A stretch of DNA of 64,000 nt from Deinococcales bacterium (GTDB taxonomy: Bacteria; Deinococcota; Deinococci; Deinococcales; JAAFIG01): contig JANNVX010000088.1 of NCBI GenBank assembly GCA_031414595.1, positions 64,001 to 128,000 on the forward strand, given 5' to 3'. The position numbers were made by a program, and so were the translations under genes. Of this stretch, positions 36,562 to 48,798 are shown piece by piece. Each line of letters begins with the position of its first letter. Position 1 is the first letter of the stretch. Under the pieces are notes generated by a model, which was not told the DNA's origin, did no database searches, and saw only the letters and a program-made list of their open reading frames with translations.

Positions 36562-39423
36562 ATGGTCATGCAACTTCAATTACTTGGAGCAGCCAGCATT
36601 TACAAAAATCAGGTTCTCGAGCCTTTGCCTTTGGCTCGTCCAGCGTGGTTGTGTTTGTACTTGGCATTGCGTGGCGATTGGGTAGCAAGGGACGAACTGG
36701 CTTGTGTTTTTAGACCCGAAGATTCGGAAGAAACAGCCCGCAATGCTTTACGTCTTATTTTTCACCGAGCAAAGCAATTTGATTGGGCAAAAGGTTTAGA
36801 AGTAGAAGCTAAACGCGCTCGGTTTGTGGTCAAAACCGATGTCGCAGATTTTAGGCTGCTGATTCAAAACAAAAATTGGCTCGAGGCATTAGAAATCTAT
36901 AAAGGCGGTCTGCTCGAGGGGTTTGCCGCACCAAGTTTAGTTGCCCTAGAAGCATGGCTAGGGTTTGAACGCGAACAACTGCATGATTTATGGCGCGAAG
37001 CAGTTTTGGAGCGGGTTGTGGAACTAAGCGCCATTCGCAATTATGGTGTGGCGATTTCATGGCTCGAGAAGTTACTGCACATCGAACCCTTTTGCGAAGT
37101 GGCAATTCAACACCTGATGCAGTGTCATCTGGCTGGGCATAATCGTCAAGCTGCCGAACGGGTCTATCAGCGTTTCTCGAGTTTACTGGCTGAGGAATTT
37201 TCCTTGAACCCCAATGCCAAGACCAGTGCCATTCTTGAATCAACCAAGCAAGTCAAAGAAATGGTAACGGTACTGCCTAAAAGCATCATGCCATTATTTG
37301 GGCGCACAGCTGAACTCGAGCAGATCAGAATTTGGTTGATTGGAACGAATCGTTTGGTCAGTATTGTTGGTCTTGGAGGTACTGGAAAAACCCGTCTGGC
37401 ACTCGAGGCAGCCCGTTTACTAAGCCCAGAATTTACCGATGGCACAGTTTTTATTGATGGCACAGCCATTGGTCAAGCCAACCAACTCCTAAGTGCCTTA
37501 GCCGCCGCTTTGAATTTACAAAGTCAACCGACCCAAAACTTTGAGCAAACCCTACTGGTTTTCCTCAAAGAAAAAGCTATCTTGCTTGTGTTGGACAACA
37601 TGGAACATTTACTCGAGACAGATGGTTTGATTGGGCGGATGCTCTCTAGCGCCGAGCATCTGCGGGTCTTGGTCACCACCCGAATTCGCTTAGGGATGAA
37701 CGACGAAACCATACTTGATTTACTGGGTTTACCTGTTCCAAAAAATCCGCTCGAGATTCCAAATAACCAAGCGGTGCGCTTATTTTTACAAATTGCTGGG
37801 CGCTTAACAAAACAAAACCTCGAGCCTGATTTGGTGGCAAAAATCGTGCAGAAACTCGAGGGACTACCACTGGCAATTGAATTGGCGGCGCGTTGGTCGC
37901 GTCTGCTCAATTTGGAGCAAATTCTGGCTGAACTTGAAAAAAGTCAGTTGTGGCTCGAGACCGACACAACCGATGTCCCAGAGCGCCACCGCAGTTTGCA
38001 AGCGGTTTTGCAAAGCACTTGGGTGCAATTAACCCTGCGCGAAAAACAGGCACTCGAGGCTTTATCGGTCTTTCGGAGCGGTGCGAGTTTAGATGGCTTA
38101 CAGGCGGTTGGGCAAACGCAATTGCCAACTTTATTGGCTTTAATCAATAAGGGTTTAATTCGCAAAGACGACCAGAACCGGTTTTCGTGCCATGAAATGA
38201 TTCGGGAGTTTTCTGCGGCACAATCAAATGTACTGAGTCACTTTCAAGCTCGTCATGCAAATTATTTTGCCGAACGTTGCAGTCATTGGGGAAAAGCCCT
38301 GCGACAACCAAAAACTTTACAAGAAATGGATCGTGAAGGCTCGAACTTAAATGTTGCCATGATGTATTGGGTAACTCATCAACCTGATACGCTCGAGCAG
38401 CACTTAAGACTTTTAGCCGACTACTGGGATGTGCGTGGATTGGCTTTTATCGCCCTTAATTTCTTAACCAGTTACTCAGCCCAAAGTGGGTCAATTCTCG
38501 AGGGGAGAACCAATTTTTGGCATGGTACTTTTCTAAAATTGACCAACAATTACACAAAAGCACTGCAAGTTCTCGAGTTATCAGCACAGCAACTCAAACA
38601 TGCTGAATGCCCAGAAGAAGCTGGGCGAGCCTTTTTGCAAATTGGATTTATTTATTTTGACCAAACTAATTATGTAAAAACACAAGAAGCTGTGATTCAA
38701 GCCCAACTTTGCTTCCAACTCGATGAAAATAGAGCCGAATGTTTTAACCTGCTTGGTGGGATTGCCAAACGCCAATTGAATTATCAACTTGCACTGACGC
38801 ATTACGCACAAGCTCGCAGCATTCATCTAAAACTAAATAATGCTCACGGACTAGGCTCAATCCTCAATAACATTGCCAATGTACATGAGGTTCTGCAAGA
38901 GGATTTGGCTGCCTTTGAAACATATCAGCAGTGTTTAGAAATTTTTACCAAGCTAGGGCATCAACGAGCAATTGCTTTACTACATTCAAATCTTGGGTTT
39001 TTAGCAACCAAACTTAAACGCTTTGAAAAAGCCCGAGAACACCTGAGCATCAGTCTCGAGATTCGCAAAACCATCGGAGACCAAGCAGGCGAAGTGACGG
39101 TATTAACAAATTTAGCCATCCTTGGAGTAGCCATTAAAAACGCAGAACTTGTTTTTCAATCGCTACAAGCGGCTTTATCTTTAGCTCTGCAACTCAACTT
39201 TACTTCTCGAGCCTTAGATGCCTTCAAAGTCTTAGGGGAATGGTACATCGAAAGTCATCCAAATTTAGCAGGTCAGATTCTTCAAACTGTTTTTGAACAT
39301 CCGAATACCCATGCAGAAACCAGACCAGCAACTAAAAAACTATTGGAGCATCTGCCTATACCGAACAAACCGTTGCCACTTGACCAATGGCAGAGTGCTT
39401 TTTTGAAAACAAGCCGAGTTTGA
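36562..39423 (+). CDS. AfsR/SARP-type regulator: wHTH-BTAD-NB-ARC(STAND)-TPR
   Basis: LYLALRGDWVARDELA, BTAD region, GLGGTGKTRL, LLVLDNMEHL, LEGLPLAIELAA, TPRs. Confidence 0.9.
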   Translation: MVMQLQLLGAASIYKNQVLEPLPLARPAWLCLYLALRGDWVARDELACVFRPEDSEETARNALRLIFHRAKQFDWAKGLEVEAKRARFVVKTDVADFRLLIQNKNWLEALEIYKGGLLEGFAAPSLVALEAWLGFEREQLHDLWREAVLERVVELSAIRNYGVAISWLEKLLHIEPFCEVAIQHLMQCHLAGHNRQAAERVYQRFSSLLAEEFSLNPNAKTSAILESTKQVKEMVTVLPKSIMPLFGRTAELEQIRIWLIGTNRLVSIVGLGGTGKTRLALEAARLLSPEFTDGTVFIDGTAIGQANQLLSALAAALNLQSQPTQNFEQTLLVFLKEKAILLVLDNMEHLLETDGLIGRMLSSAEHLRVLVTTRIRLGMNDETILDLLGLPVPKNPLEIPNNQAVRLFLQIAGRLTKQNLEPDLVAKIVQKLEGLPLAIELAARWSRLLNLEQILAELEKSQLWLETDTTDVPERHRSLQAVLQSTWVQLTLREKQALEALSVFRSGASLDGLQAVGQTQLPTLLALINKGLIRKDDQNRFSCHEMIREFSAAQSNVLSHFQARHANYFAERCSHWGKALRQPKTLQEMDREGSNLNVAMMYWVTHQPDTLEQHLRLLADYWDVRGLAFIALNFLTSYSAQSGSILEGRTNFWHGTFLKLTNNYTKALQVLELSAQQLKHAECPEEAGRAFLQIGFIYFDQTNYVKTQEAVIQAQLCFQLDENRAECFNLLGGIAKRQLNYQLALTHYAQARSIHLKLNNAHGLGSILNNIANVHEVLQEDLAAFETYQQCLEIFTKLGHQRAIALLHSNLGFLATKLKRFEKAREHLSISLEIRKTIGDQAGEVTVLTNLAILGVAIKNAELVFQSLQAALSLALQLNFTSRALDAFKVLGEWYIESHPNLAGQILQTVFEHPNTHAETRPATKKLLEHLPIPNKPLPLDQWQSAFLKTSRV

Positions 39424-39455
39424 TAAATTTCTAAGCCAATGCTGTGACTCAAATT

Positions 39456-40766
39456 CTAGGCAGCATTAACCAAGGTCATTTCATCATGGCAAATGTTCAC
39501 ACCAATACTCGAGAAACGCTCGATTAAACGCTCGTAGCCACGGTTGAGGTACTGCACCCCGTCAATTCGGCTTTCGCCCTCGGCGGCGGCTGCCGCAATC
39601 ACAAGGGCTGCACCAGCCCGAATATCGGCGGCTTTAACGGGTGCGCCATGCAGCTTAGAGCCTTCAATTAAAATGCTATGGTCTAAAACTTCGGTTTTTG
39701 CACCAAGTCGGTTCAGTTCGCCACTGTAGCCAAAACGGGTGGTGTACACAGGGTCAGTAATTCGGCTGTGACCATCTAAAGTGGCAAGGTAGGCTGCCAT
39801 CATTGGTTGTAGGTCGGTTGGGAAACCAGGAAACGAAGAAACGGTCACGGAGACTGGCTTAAGCGCAGCCTTACGAGCATCCAAATGAATCGTGGTGGTG
39901 TCCAACTCGAGGATATGAACCCCGCTTTCGGTCAGTTTGGCGGTTAATGCCCGCATATGTTCGGTGTTGGCATTGGTCAGGGTCAGTTCGCCCCTTGTTG
40001 CGGCAGCAGCCAGTAAGTATGTGCCAGCCTCGAGTCGGTCTGGAATAACGCGGTATTCGCCACCATGCAGGGCGGGTACTCCCTCAATCTCGAGCGTATG
40101 TGTGCCAATCCCACGGATTTTAGCGCCAAGGTGATTGAGAAAATTGCACAAGTCTATCACATCGGTATCTATGCTGCTGTTCTCGAGTCGAACAATGCCT
40201 GTACCCAGTACACTTGCACAAACCGCGTTTTGCGTTCCGCCGACGGTCAATAAATCAAACACAAAACGACCCGTTAAAGGGCGGTCACGGACAGCAATAA
40301 AATCGCCGTTATTTTCGACTATCGTTGCGCCCAAAGCACGTAAGGCTTTGATGTGCTGGTCTACGGGGCGTACCCCAAAAGTACAACCGCCGGGTTGTGG
40401 CACTCGAGCCTCACCGACCCGAGCCAGCAGTGGTCCTAAAACATTAAAACTGGCTCGCATTTTGGAAACAAGGCTATACGGCGCTTCGACACTGGTGATT
40501 TCTGGAGCATGAATCGTTAAGGTGTGTTCGGATTGCCAGGCAAATTTCACCCCAAGGCTCGAGACAATCGCCAGAATCACTTCGACATCCGATAAACGCG
40601 GAATGCCGTGCAAGGTCACAGGTTCAGAACATAAAATACTGGCTGCTAGAATCGGCAGGGCAGCATTCTTACTTGGATTGACCGCTAAAGTTCCCGAAAT
40701 TGGGTTGCCTCCGCGAATAAGAAGCGGTGCGCTGGACATGGTTTTTGATTCAAACAGTGGTGGCAT
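39456..40766 (-). CDS. murA: UDP-N-acetylglucosamine 1-carboxyvinyltransferase
   Basis: SKNAALP, MRAS, PGGCTFGVRPVDQH, FPTDLQ, DIRAGA. Confidence 0.97.
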   Translation of the reverse strand: MPPLFESKTMSSAPLLIRGGNPISGTLAVNPSKNAALPILAASILCSEPVTLHGIPRLSDVEVILAIVSSLGVKFAWQSEHTLTIHAPEITSVEAPYSLVSKMRASFNVLGPLLARVGEARVPQPGGCTFGVRPVDQHIKALRALGATIVENNGDFIAVRDRPLTGRFVFDLLTVGGTQNAVCASVLGTGIVRLENSSIDTDVIDLCNFLNHLGAKIRGIGTHTLEIEGVPALHGGEYRVIPDRLEAGTYLLAAAATRGELTLTNANTEHMRALTAKLTESGVHILELDTTTIHLDARKAALKPVSVTVSSFPGFPTDLQPMMAAYLATLDGHSRITDPVYTTRFGYSGELNRLGAKTEVLDHSILIEGSKLHGAPVKAADIRAGAALVIAAAAAEGESRIDGVQYLNRGYERLIERFSSIGVNICHDEMTLVNAA

Positions 40767-40959
40767 GGCTGGACTCCCTTTTTCCCTGTATGGTGGGACA
40801 CCTTTAATGTTTAAGCTACACCCGAATCTCGAGCATCATATGAGTATATTACACATCAACAGTAAAAAGCGAGATAGCTCATAATCAGACTTTCACTCTA
40901 AATTATGTGAACACACAAGTGTCACACCAGTATCATCAAACTCGTGATAACATCAACCC

Positions 40960-41184
40960 ATGCCGAAGAAAGAAAAAAAGCGTCTCCAAGTCGTTATCAG
41001 CGACGAACAAGACGCACTTTTAACCAAAGCTGCCTATGAACTCAGCAGCCCAGAACGTCTTGTTTCCAAATCTGAAGTGGTGCGTTTGGCTATCGAAAAA
41101 ATCAGTGCCGAACTCGAGAATTCCAGCGCCCTCGAGCCACTCTTGAAGCAATTGCTGGCAGAAGAAAGAGATGACGAGGATTGA
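40960..41184 (+). CDS. Small ribbon-helix-helix-like regulator
   Basis: KRLQVVISDEQDALL...SKSEVVRLAIEKI. Confidence 0.7.
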   Translation: MPKKEKKRLQVVISDEQDALLTKAAYELSSPERLVSKSEVVRLAIEKISAELENSSALEPLLKQLLAEERDDED

Positions 41185-41593
41185 AGAGCAGAGGAAAGAG
41201 GAAAGGGGAAAGAGAAAGGTTTTTATTCCTCCTTCCTCCCTCCTCCTTCCTCTATTGTGTGCTTGTAGTTTCACTTTTATTCCCTTTGCGCCTCAATCGC
41301 TCGAGATTCCACCCGCGATTATTATTGCCAATGACAGTGCTTTGAGCCGCAGTCAAAATACGATTGTGCTGCGGGTTAAACTGACTAAAGTACCAAACGA
41401 AGGCTACTTGAGTGCTAGTTTGTACTTAAAGACCGACCGCACTGAAAAGCGCATTGCCGAAGATAGTAAGTTAATTACTACAGCCTCGAGGGAGCTTGTG
41501 TTTACTTTCCCAGAAGCCAAAATCGGGCAGTACCGTGCTTATTTGTTTTGGCAGGGCAGCATTGTACGGCAATTTGAATTTGTATTGAAGTGA
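41171..41593 (+). CDS. Hypothetical lipoprotein (start uncertain)
   Basis: LLCAC lipobox; N-terminus overlaps a heptamer repeat. Confidence 0.55.
   Translation: MTRIEEQRKEERGKRKVFIPPSSLLLPLLCACSFTFIPFAPQSLEIPPAIIIANDSALSRSQNTIVLRVKLTKVPNEGYLSASLYLKTDRTEKRIAEDSKLITTASRELVFTFPEAKIGQYRAYLFWQGSIVRQFEFVLK
41185..41252. repeat. Purine/pyrimidine heptamer inverted-repeat element
   Basis: (AGAGGAA)-like x4, then (TTCCTCC)-like x4. Confidence 0.7.
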
Positions 41594-41642
41594 GTTGTTT
41601 TTGGTGTCTCGAGCATGCCGCCCTTGGTCTTTGCTTGGATAG

Positions 41643-43121
<1,479 letters not shown>

Positions 43122-43196
43122 GGTTGTTTTGAGCGATGAACCGCATACGCCAATTTACCGATGCTTAGGGTCAGCAATTTTTAGTAAACTCAGAAC

Positions 43197-44243
43197 ATGA
43201 TCCCAAAACTTGTTGACCCCAAAACTGCACCAGAAGCCGAACTTTTGTTACACCATGAATTTTGGAATGCCCGCCGCACCGAAATTTTTCCAGACGATCC
43301 ACCGATTCCTTGGGAAGAACGCCGCCGTTGGCTTAGAGAACCACCAGAACATCTTGTCACTCGGACATTTGCGATTTATCACCAAGAACGGGTGATTGGT
43401 ATCGCCGATGCCGATTGGCGCAGCAATGATACCGAGAACCCAGAATCTGGTTGGATGGATGTGGTGGTTGACCCCAATTATTATCGCCAAGGATTAGGCT
43501 CAAGGTTACTTTGTGCGCTACTCGAGGAAATTTATCCGCTTGGACGCAAAAAACTATTTACCATTACCGATGGTTTACGGGTTGGTGGTAAACCCTTTGC
43601 CGAAGTGTACGGTGCAAAATTTGGACAAGAAGAACACACTAACCAATTGTTGTTTGCCGAACTCAACCAAGACTATGTGCAGCAAGCCTTGGAGAATGCT
43701 CCTACTGACCAATACGAACTTGTTTGGTACGATTGTGAATACCCAGATGATGAAACCGAACTGCAAAAAATCTGTGATGTTTTTGCAGTGATGAATACTG
43801 CTCCACGCGGCGACCTCGAGTTTAACGATTGGAAAATGACCCCAGAAAAACTACGCCAAGAAGCTGCCAATGCTAAGAAAAATGACCAACAATGGTGGTT
43901 GTGTATCGCTAAGCATATAGAAACCGAACACTATGCTGGTTTTACCGAGACTGGATGGCATCATAACCGTCCGGGCATTGCTGGGCAGTACGGGACTGGG
44001 GTTGACCCAACCCACCAAGGACACGGCTTAGGCGCATGGTTAAAATCTGCCATGATTGAACGCATCAAACACCAACGCCCCAGTGTAGACCGTATCCGCA
44101 CAGGTAACGCCGACAGCAACGCCCCAATGCTTAGAATCAATCACAGTTTGGGGTTTAAGCCCTTCAGAGACCGAATCGAATGGCAAATAGACGTTGCCAA
44201 AACCCTCGAGATTGCGCGGTCAAAAGTCTTGGTCACAGGTTAG
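43197..44243 (+). CDS. Tandem GNAT acetyltransferase
   Basis: [43 protein letters not shown]. Confidence 0.88.
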   Translation: MIPKLVDPKTAPEAELLLHHEFWNARRTEIFPDDPPIPWEERRRWLREPPEHLVTRTFAIYHQERVIGIADADWRSNDTENPESGWMDVVVDPNYYRQGLGSRLLCALLEEIYPLGRKKLFTITDGLRVGGKPFAEVYGAKFGQEEHTNQLLFAELNQDYVQQALENAPTDQYELVWYDCEYPDDETELQKICDVFAVMNTAPRGDLEFNDWKMTPEKLRQEAANAKKNDQQWWLCIAKHIETEHYAGFTETGWHHNRPGIAGQYGTGVDPTHQGHGLGAWLKSAMIERIKHQRPSVDRIRTGNADSNAPMLRINHSLGFKPFRDRIEWQIDVAKTLEIARSKVLVTG

Positions 44244-44725
44244 CGTTTTCCAACCCCAAAATCTGTCGGACGCAACAAATGCTCCAAGCAATGCACATAA
44301 TCCACGCCAATTTTAGCATCCTCGACCAAATCGGCAACACTGGTATCCTCGAGAACTGCCAGAATTGCATCTCGCACCCGTATCCAAATTCTGCTTCTGG
44401 CATGACACCGTGCTTCTTCTAAACACGGCTTATGCCAGTTGCGTGAAGCACAAGAAAGCGCCGCTACGGGTCCGTCTATGGCACGCAGCACATGGGACAA
44501 CGGAATCTCTAAAGCCGGTTTAGCCAGTGCGTAACCACCACCAGCCCCTTTTTTAGCAACCACAATCCCTTGGGCTGCCAAAGCTGCCAATAAGCGCACA
44601 AGGTAGGGTTTTGGTACATGGGTCGCCTCGGCAATCGCATCGCCGTGAATCCACTGCTGTAGGTCTTGTAAGCCCAAGTATGCCAAAGCCTTAAACGCAT
44701 AAATATCGGTGTTGGAAAGTCGCAT
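44240..44725 (-). CDS. Rrf2-family transcriptional regulator
   Basis: [17 protein letters not shown], three Cys. Confidence 0.9.
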   Translation of the reverse strand: MRLSNTDIYAFKALAYLGLQDLQQWIHGDAIAEATHVPKPYLVRLLAALAAQGIVVAKKGAGGGYALAKPALEIPLSHVLRAIDGPVAALSCASRNWHKPCLEEARCHARSRIWIRVRDAILAVLEDTSVADLVEDAKIGVDYVHCLEHLLRPTDFGVGKR

Positions 44726-44739
44726 TCTTAAAGCATAGC

Positions 44740-45057
44740 TTAATCTGAGTCAAACTCGAGACTGGGATTCTTGGTGAAATTCATTTTTGTGGTCACGAAC
44801 TCGAGTCCTAAAACATCATTTTCCATCGAAGCATAGGCTACCAAAGGCTTGCTGCCCTCGAGCTGAATCGTCAGAATCGAACCATGTCGTTGCACTATAC
44901 CAGCAATAACTATGCCAGCCACACCAATTTCTATTTTTTCGGCTTCTAACTGCAACCAAGCCCAAGTGGGTTGTGGGTCACAACTAATCCACCTGCCATT
45001 TATTTGAGGTGGCAAAGGGTACATCATTGATTTTGAAACAGCCAATTGCAAATTCAT
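44740..45057 (-). CDS. Hypothetical protein
   Basis: 105-aa ORF with an upstream -10 box. Confidence 0.55.
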   Translation of the reverse strand: MNLQLAVSKSMMYPLPPQINGRWISCDPQPTWAWLQLEAEKIEIGVAGIVIAGIVQRHGSILTIQLEGSKPLVAYASMENDVLGLEFVTTKMNFTKNPSLEFDSD

Positions 45058-45114
45058 GGTGTCTTAGTTTACGTCAACTTAAAGTTGTGTCAACCCTGTT
45101 TTGAGAAAGGTCTG

Positions 45115-45471
45115 TCAACCTTGTTCAGAGACATGGCTGTTGTGCTGGGCTACTAATTTCCATGACTCACCAATACGGGTAAAAACAAAAGTAGACCGCC
45201 CAAACCACAAACTCGAGTCTTGATTGCCCGGATACTGAAATTCACAAAAGACCAAACAGACATGTTCAAGCATCTCAAATTCGATATTGCGAAATTGCAA
45301 ACTGCTAAAGACAGGATTTTTGAGAATACTTTTGATTCGCTGTCCTTTATTTTGATGTCGCGCTACGGTACTGGTAAAGCGAAAATTCTCGGCGATTAAA
45401 TCCTCGAGAATGCTCGAGTTCTGGGTATTTAAGGCATTCAGGAGCAAATCAAAAGTTTCTTTAAGGCTCAT
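45115..45471 (-). CDS. NTF2-like/DUF4440 protein
   Basis: LEDLIAENF...RSTFVF...WKLVAQHNS. Confidence 0.75.
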   Translation of the reverse strand: MSLKETFDLLLNALNTQNSSILEDLIAENFRFTSTVARHQNKGQRIKSILKNPVFSSLQFRNIEFEMLEHVCLVFCEFQYPGNQDSSLWFGRSTFVFTRIGESWKLVAQHNSHVSEQG

Positions 45472-46274
45472 AAGACAGACTCTACAAGCCCACCAACCCG
45501 AACAGCAAGCGCCATGCTGTCCCTAGACATAAAACGCGCCCTAAGCTCGGAAGGTTTGCCCATTTGATAGCCTTGTGCCGCAATCAGGTCGTGGACTCCG
45601 CTCGGGGTGTGGGCTGCCTTATAACCACATAAACTGGCTAGACTAAACGAACCCGCGTTATCCTCGAGTAACCCCTTGTGTGGTGCAAAAAAACGGTACT
45701 CAAGGTTGCTTCGGCTCGAGGTGAATGAGACAGCAATACAACCATTGAGATGATGGGTTTTTAAGAGCAATGCCAAAGCCTCAAAATCTGGATTAAACTC
45801 GAGGGCAGATTCTTTAATTGGCACAATCAGATTGTGTTTCTCGAGTGTCCCCGCGCACAAGATTGTTAGTTCTGGCTCGAGGGCAGCTTCTTTTAAGTTC
45901 AACGCCTCGAGCCAAGGCTGAATATCCGATGGACACGGCAAAATATGGGTATCGGGTTGGGCTGCCCAAGCATAACCATCTTCGAGCATCACCTCGAGAT
46001 TGCTGGTTTGCATCTGGACTGTGCAACTTTGCCCAAGGTGATATGCAACCACCAACGCGCCAGAATCGGACTCAAGTTTTTCTTTGCCTTGGTTGGTGAA
46101 AAACCGAACCTGAACGATGTTTTTTGTATTGGTTGGATTTGTGATGAAGGCAGTGATTGGCGCGTTGCTCGAGACAGCAATTTTTGGCATGACCGATTCG
46201 GGTAGAGGTTCGTGGACAACTGCAAAACGTTTGCCGCCGTTGGTCTCAGCTTTGAAAACATCGTAATACTTCAC
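45468..46274 (-). CDS. PhzF-like protein with degenerate active-site motifs
   Basis: VRFFT, RFFAP, QGYQMGKPS present; CGH motif absent. Confidence 0.75.
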   Translation of the reverse strand: MKYYDVFKAETNGGKRFAVVHEPLPESVMPKIAVSSNAPITAFITNPTNTKNIVQVRFFTNQGKEKLESDSGALVVAYHLGQSCTVQMQTSNLEVMLEDGYAWAAQPDTHILPCPSDIQPWLEALNLKEAALEPELTILCAGTLEKHNLIVPIKESALEFNPDFEALALLLKTHHLNGCIAVSFTSSRSNLEYRFFAPHKGLLEDNAGSFSLASLCGYKAAHTPSGVHDLIAAQGYQMGKPSELRARFMSRDSMALAVRVGGLVESVL

Positions 46275-47161
46275 ACTTTCACCTCAACAGCTTTCCCGCC
46301 AATCCATAGACTCGAGACCAGACCATCTTGCACTTCGCATTTGACCTCGAGACGTGATGGTTTATTCATGGCGTACCCCTGAGCGCCACTAAAACTTCTT
46401 TTACCATCGTCAAAAAACTGGTTTGCGCCAAGATAAGCCGCCAGTGCTGCGTGTGCATTGCCCGTTGCGGCATCCTCGAGAACCGTATTGTTTTGAACTG
46501 AAAAATGCCTTGTGTCGGTAAAGCACCCACCACGCCCCGGAAAAGTAAAAATCACAATTCCAGTTGTACTCGTTTCAAAACAAAGCGCACGGATTTCTTC
46601 AAGATTTGGTTCAATGGCATCTAATAAAATCGTGCTTGGGACAGCACACACTAATTTAGCACGCCCAACCCCAGCCGCTAAAATTGGTAAGTCCTCGTGT
46701 AAATCTTCTTTTTCGAGACCCAGTGCCACCGCCACGGCTTCTAAGTCGAGGTCAACCGCCCATGTACTTGGGTTTGGATACTCGAGCCACGCTGTACCAG
46801 ACTCGAGTTTTGCGTTTTGAATGCCAAGATTTGTCTCGAGTTGAAAAACATCTTTTGGAACTGCCCAACCATTTAACCCGCCTCGGGCTTGTATGGCAAT
46901 CAGCGCGGCAATTGTGCCATGACCACAAACATTTTCTTCGATATGTGGTGTGAAAAATCGCAAGCGAAGCGGTAGGGGAGACTCAGCTTCAAATAATGTA
47001 TCGCTGATGCCCACAAAAACCGTGGCGGGAGCGCCAATGCTCGAGGCTAACTCCATCATTTTGCGGCTCGACTCGAGGTTAAGTCCGAAGACAACCGCCG
47101 CTTTGTTGCCGCCTTTGCTGTTGGTGGTGAAGGCATTCAATTCTAAAATCTCGAGATTCAT
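46271..47161 (-). CDS. PhzF-family epimerase/isomerase
   Basis: GGNKAAVV, RFFTP, CGHGT, EDAATG, QGYAMNKPS. Confidence 0.9.
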   Translation of the reverse strand: MNLEILELNAFTTNSKGGNKAAVVFGLNLESSRKMMELASSIGAPATVFVGISDTLFEAESPLPLRLRFFTPHIEENVCGHGTIAALIAIQARGGLNGWAVPKDVFQLETNLGIQNAKLESGTAWLEYPNPSTWAVDLDLEAVAVALGLEKEDLHEDLPILAAGVGRAKLVCAVPSTILLDAIEPNLEEIRALCFETSTTGIVIFTFPGRGGCFTDTRHFSVQNNTVLEDAATGNAHAALAAYLGANQFFDDGKRSFSGAQGYAMNKPSRLEVKCEVQDGLVSSLWIGGKAVEVKV

Positions 47162-47282
47162 GGATCGTCGGTCTCGGAGACTGGTAAATTTTGGTACAAC
47201 TCGGAAAACACAACTTCTTCAGAAGTTAATTTGGTTTTAGTAGGTGCGATTCTAGCCATAGCAGCAGTATACCGAACTTGAC

Positions 47283-47311
47283 TTGACAATAACCAAGGAT
47301 TAACTTATAAC
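47283..47311 (+). promoter_or_regulatory. Consensus sigma70 promoter, leaderless
   Basis: TTGACA-17 bp-TATAAC, then 6 nt to ATG at 47318. Confidence 0.8.
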
Positions 47312-47317
47312 TTAACT

Positions 47318-47731
47318 ATGCGCTTGCTCGAGCCTCGTCACCCAAAACGACTCGGGGCAGAACACCCAATCATTATCGAAAATCTTGTGCAAATCGCCCA
47401 AGATAACCACCAAGAAGCACTAAACGCCATTATCCTCATGCTCGAAGACTTGACGCAGCAAAATTTACAAAGCCGATACGCCAAGACACTACACAAAACC
47501 CCAATCTGGGAACTCAAAACCCGTTCTCGAGGTGGAATAAAAGGTGGTGCAAGAGTGTACTGGTTTCCATTACGAATCATTGAAGAAGAAACCCTAGAAA
47601 TTGTTGCCGTGATTGTCAATGCAGAAATAAAGCCCGAAGCCACCCCAAACGAACACAAATTACTCGAGGCATTAGAAGTTTATTTAGCCTTCCAAAACGA
47701 CCCAATTACCATGATACGGAGGTCAGGATGA
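47318..47731 (+). CDS. RelE/HigB-like toxin
   Basis: TPIWELKTRSRGGIKGGARVYWF; toxin-first order with an XRE gene. Confidence 0.7.
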   Translation: MRLLEPRHPKRLGAEHPIIIENLVQIAQDNHQEALNAIILMLEDLTQQNLQSRYAKTLHKTPIWELKTRSRGGIKGGARVYWFPLRIIEEETLEIVAVIVNAEIKPEATPNEHKLLEALEVYLAFQNDPITMIRRSG

Positions 47732-48108
47732 AAAAAATTGATCAATTGCTCAGTCAAATCAGTAGCCAAGAAATTCTTGAAGTGCGTGTTCCTAAAGGCA
47801 CGCTAAAACCAACGCGCTCCGCCAGAGCCATACTCGAGCAAGCAGGGCAAGTTGTCATTACTCAAGCAGTTCATAAAGCCCTGACCCAAGCCCGTAAAAA
47901 TGCTGGTTTACAAGCCAAAGATGTTGCTAAACAATTACAAATCAGTGCGGCTCGAGTAGCACAAATAGAAAATCAACCACGCAACCTAACCCTCGAGACG
48001 CTAGTGCAACACGCCCAAGCCATAGGTTACGAAGTTGAAATTGTGCTACACCCACGCCAGAAGAACTTGCCAGAAGTTCGTGCTGAGCTTGGTGGTATCC
48101 ATGTCTGA
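47728..48108 (+). CDS. XRE-family HTH antitoxin (HigA-like)
   Basis: ARKNAGLQAKDVAKQLQISAARVAQIE...NLTLETL. Confidence 0.8.
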   Translation: MKKIDQLLSQISSQEILEVRVPKGTLKPTRSARAILEQAGQVVITQAVHKALTQARKNAGLQAKDVAKQLQISAARVAQIENQPRNLTLETLVQHAQAIGYEVEIVLHPRQKNLPEVRAELGGIHV

Positions 48109-48793
48109 ATACCCTAACACTGCTGGGTGGTTAGCAATGCAAGACGGGCAGCAAGTAAATGCACATAAACGTGTATGGATAACCAGTGTCGTAGAAGTTG
48201 AAAAATTAGAGTTACCTTCGGGTAAGTTAGTGATTTATGACCCCTCCAGTTTAGACTCAAGATATTCATATCAGTTTTATCCAAACGGTAGCAAAGACGA
48301 TTCTTACTACTTTGTACCCATTGGACAACATCGAATTTTCGTGACGCTTGCCACCTCTGAAAATGATTCAAGAAATGCGTATTCAACGATGATTTTACGA
48401 CCAGACGAGACAGAAGTAAAGCGTGTGGCTGCAATCCCTGTGACAATAGGTAAAATGCCTGTCGCCCCTTTGAAAGCTGGTAATTTTTATGGCGTAGGCG
48501 TTGATGCAGGTATGATTTGTTTTGTAGATGAAATAAACTTATTGAAATTTATGCCACAAAACCACGATCAATGGTTTGATGTTTATCACGATGTTTGGCT
48601 TGAGACTATTTCACCATATCCAGCCCCAACAAAATCTAAAACCTTTTGGAACTTAGTTTTGCCCAACGCTAAGACAGAAAACATGATCGTAACAGAAAGT
48701 GGTTTTGGTGATGGGTGGTATCCAATTATTTGGGGGTTGAATTCTAAAGATGAAGTAATTGCTATTCACGTGGATTTTGGAATTTTCAGATAA
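48101..48793 (+). CDS. DUF4241-family protein
   Basis: LPSGKLVIYDP, GVDAGMICFVD, SGFGDGWYP, VDF. Confidence 0.85.
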   Translation: MSEYPNTAGWLAMQDGQQVNAHKRVWITSVVEVEKLELPSGKLVIYDPSSLDSRYSYQFYPNGSKDDSYYFVPIGQHRIFVTLATSENDSRNAYSTMILRPDETEVKRVAAIPVTIGKMPVAPLKAGNFYGVGVDAGMICFVDEINLLKFMPQNHDQWFDVYHDVWLETISPYPAPTKSKTFWNLVLPNAKTENMIVTESGFGDGWYPIIWGLNSKDEVIAIHVDFGIFR

Positions 48794-48798
48794 CACCC

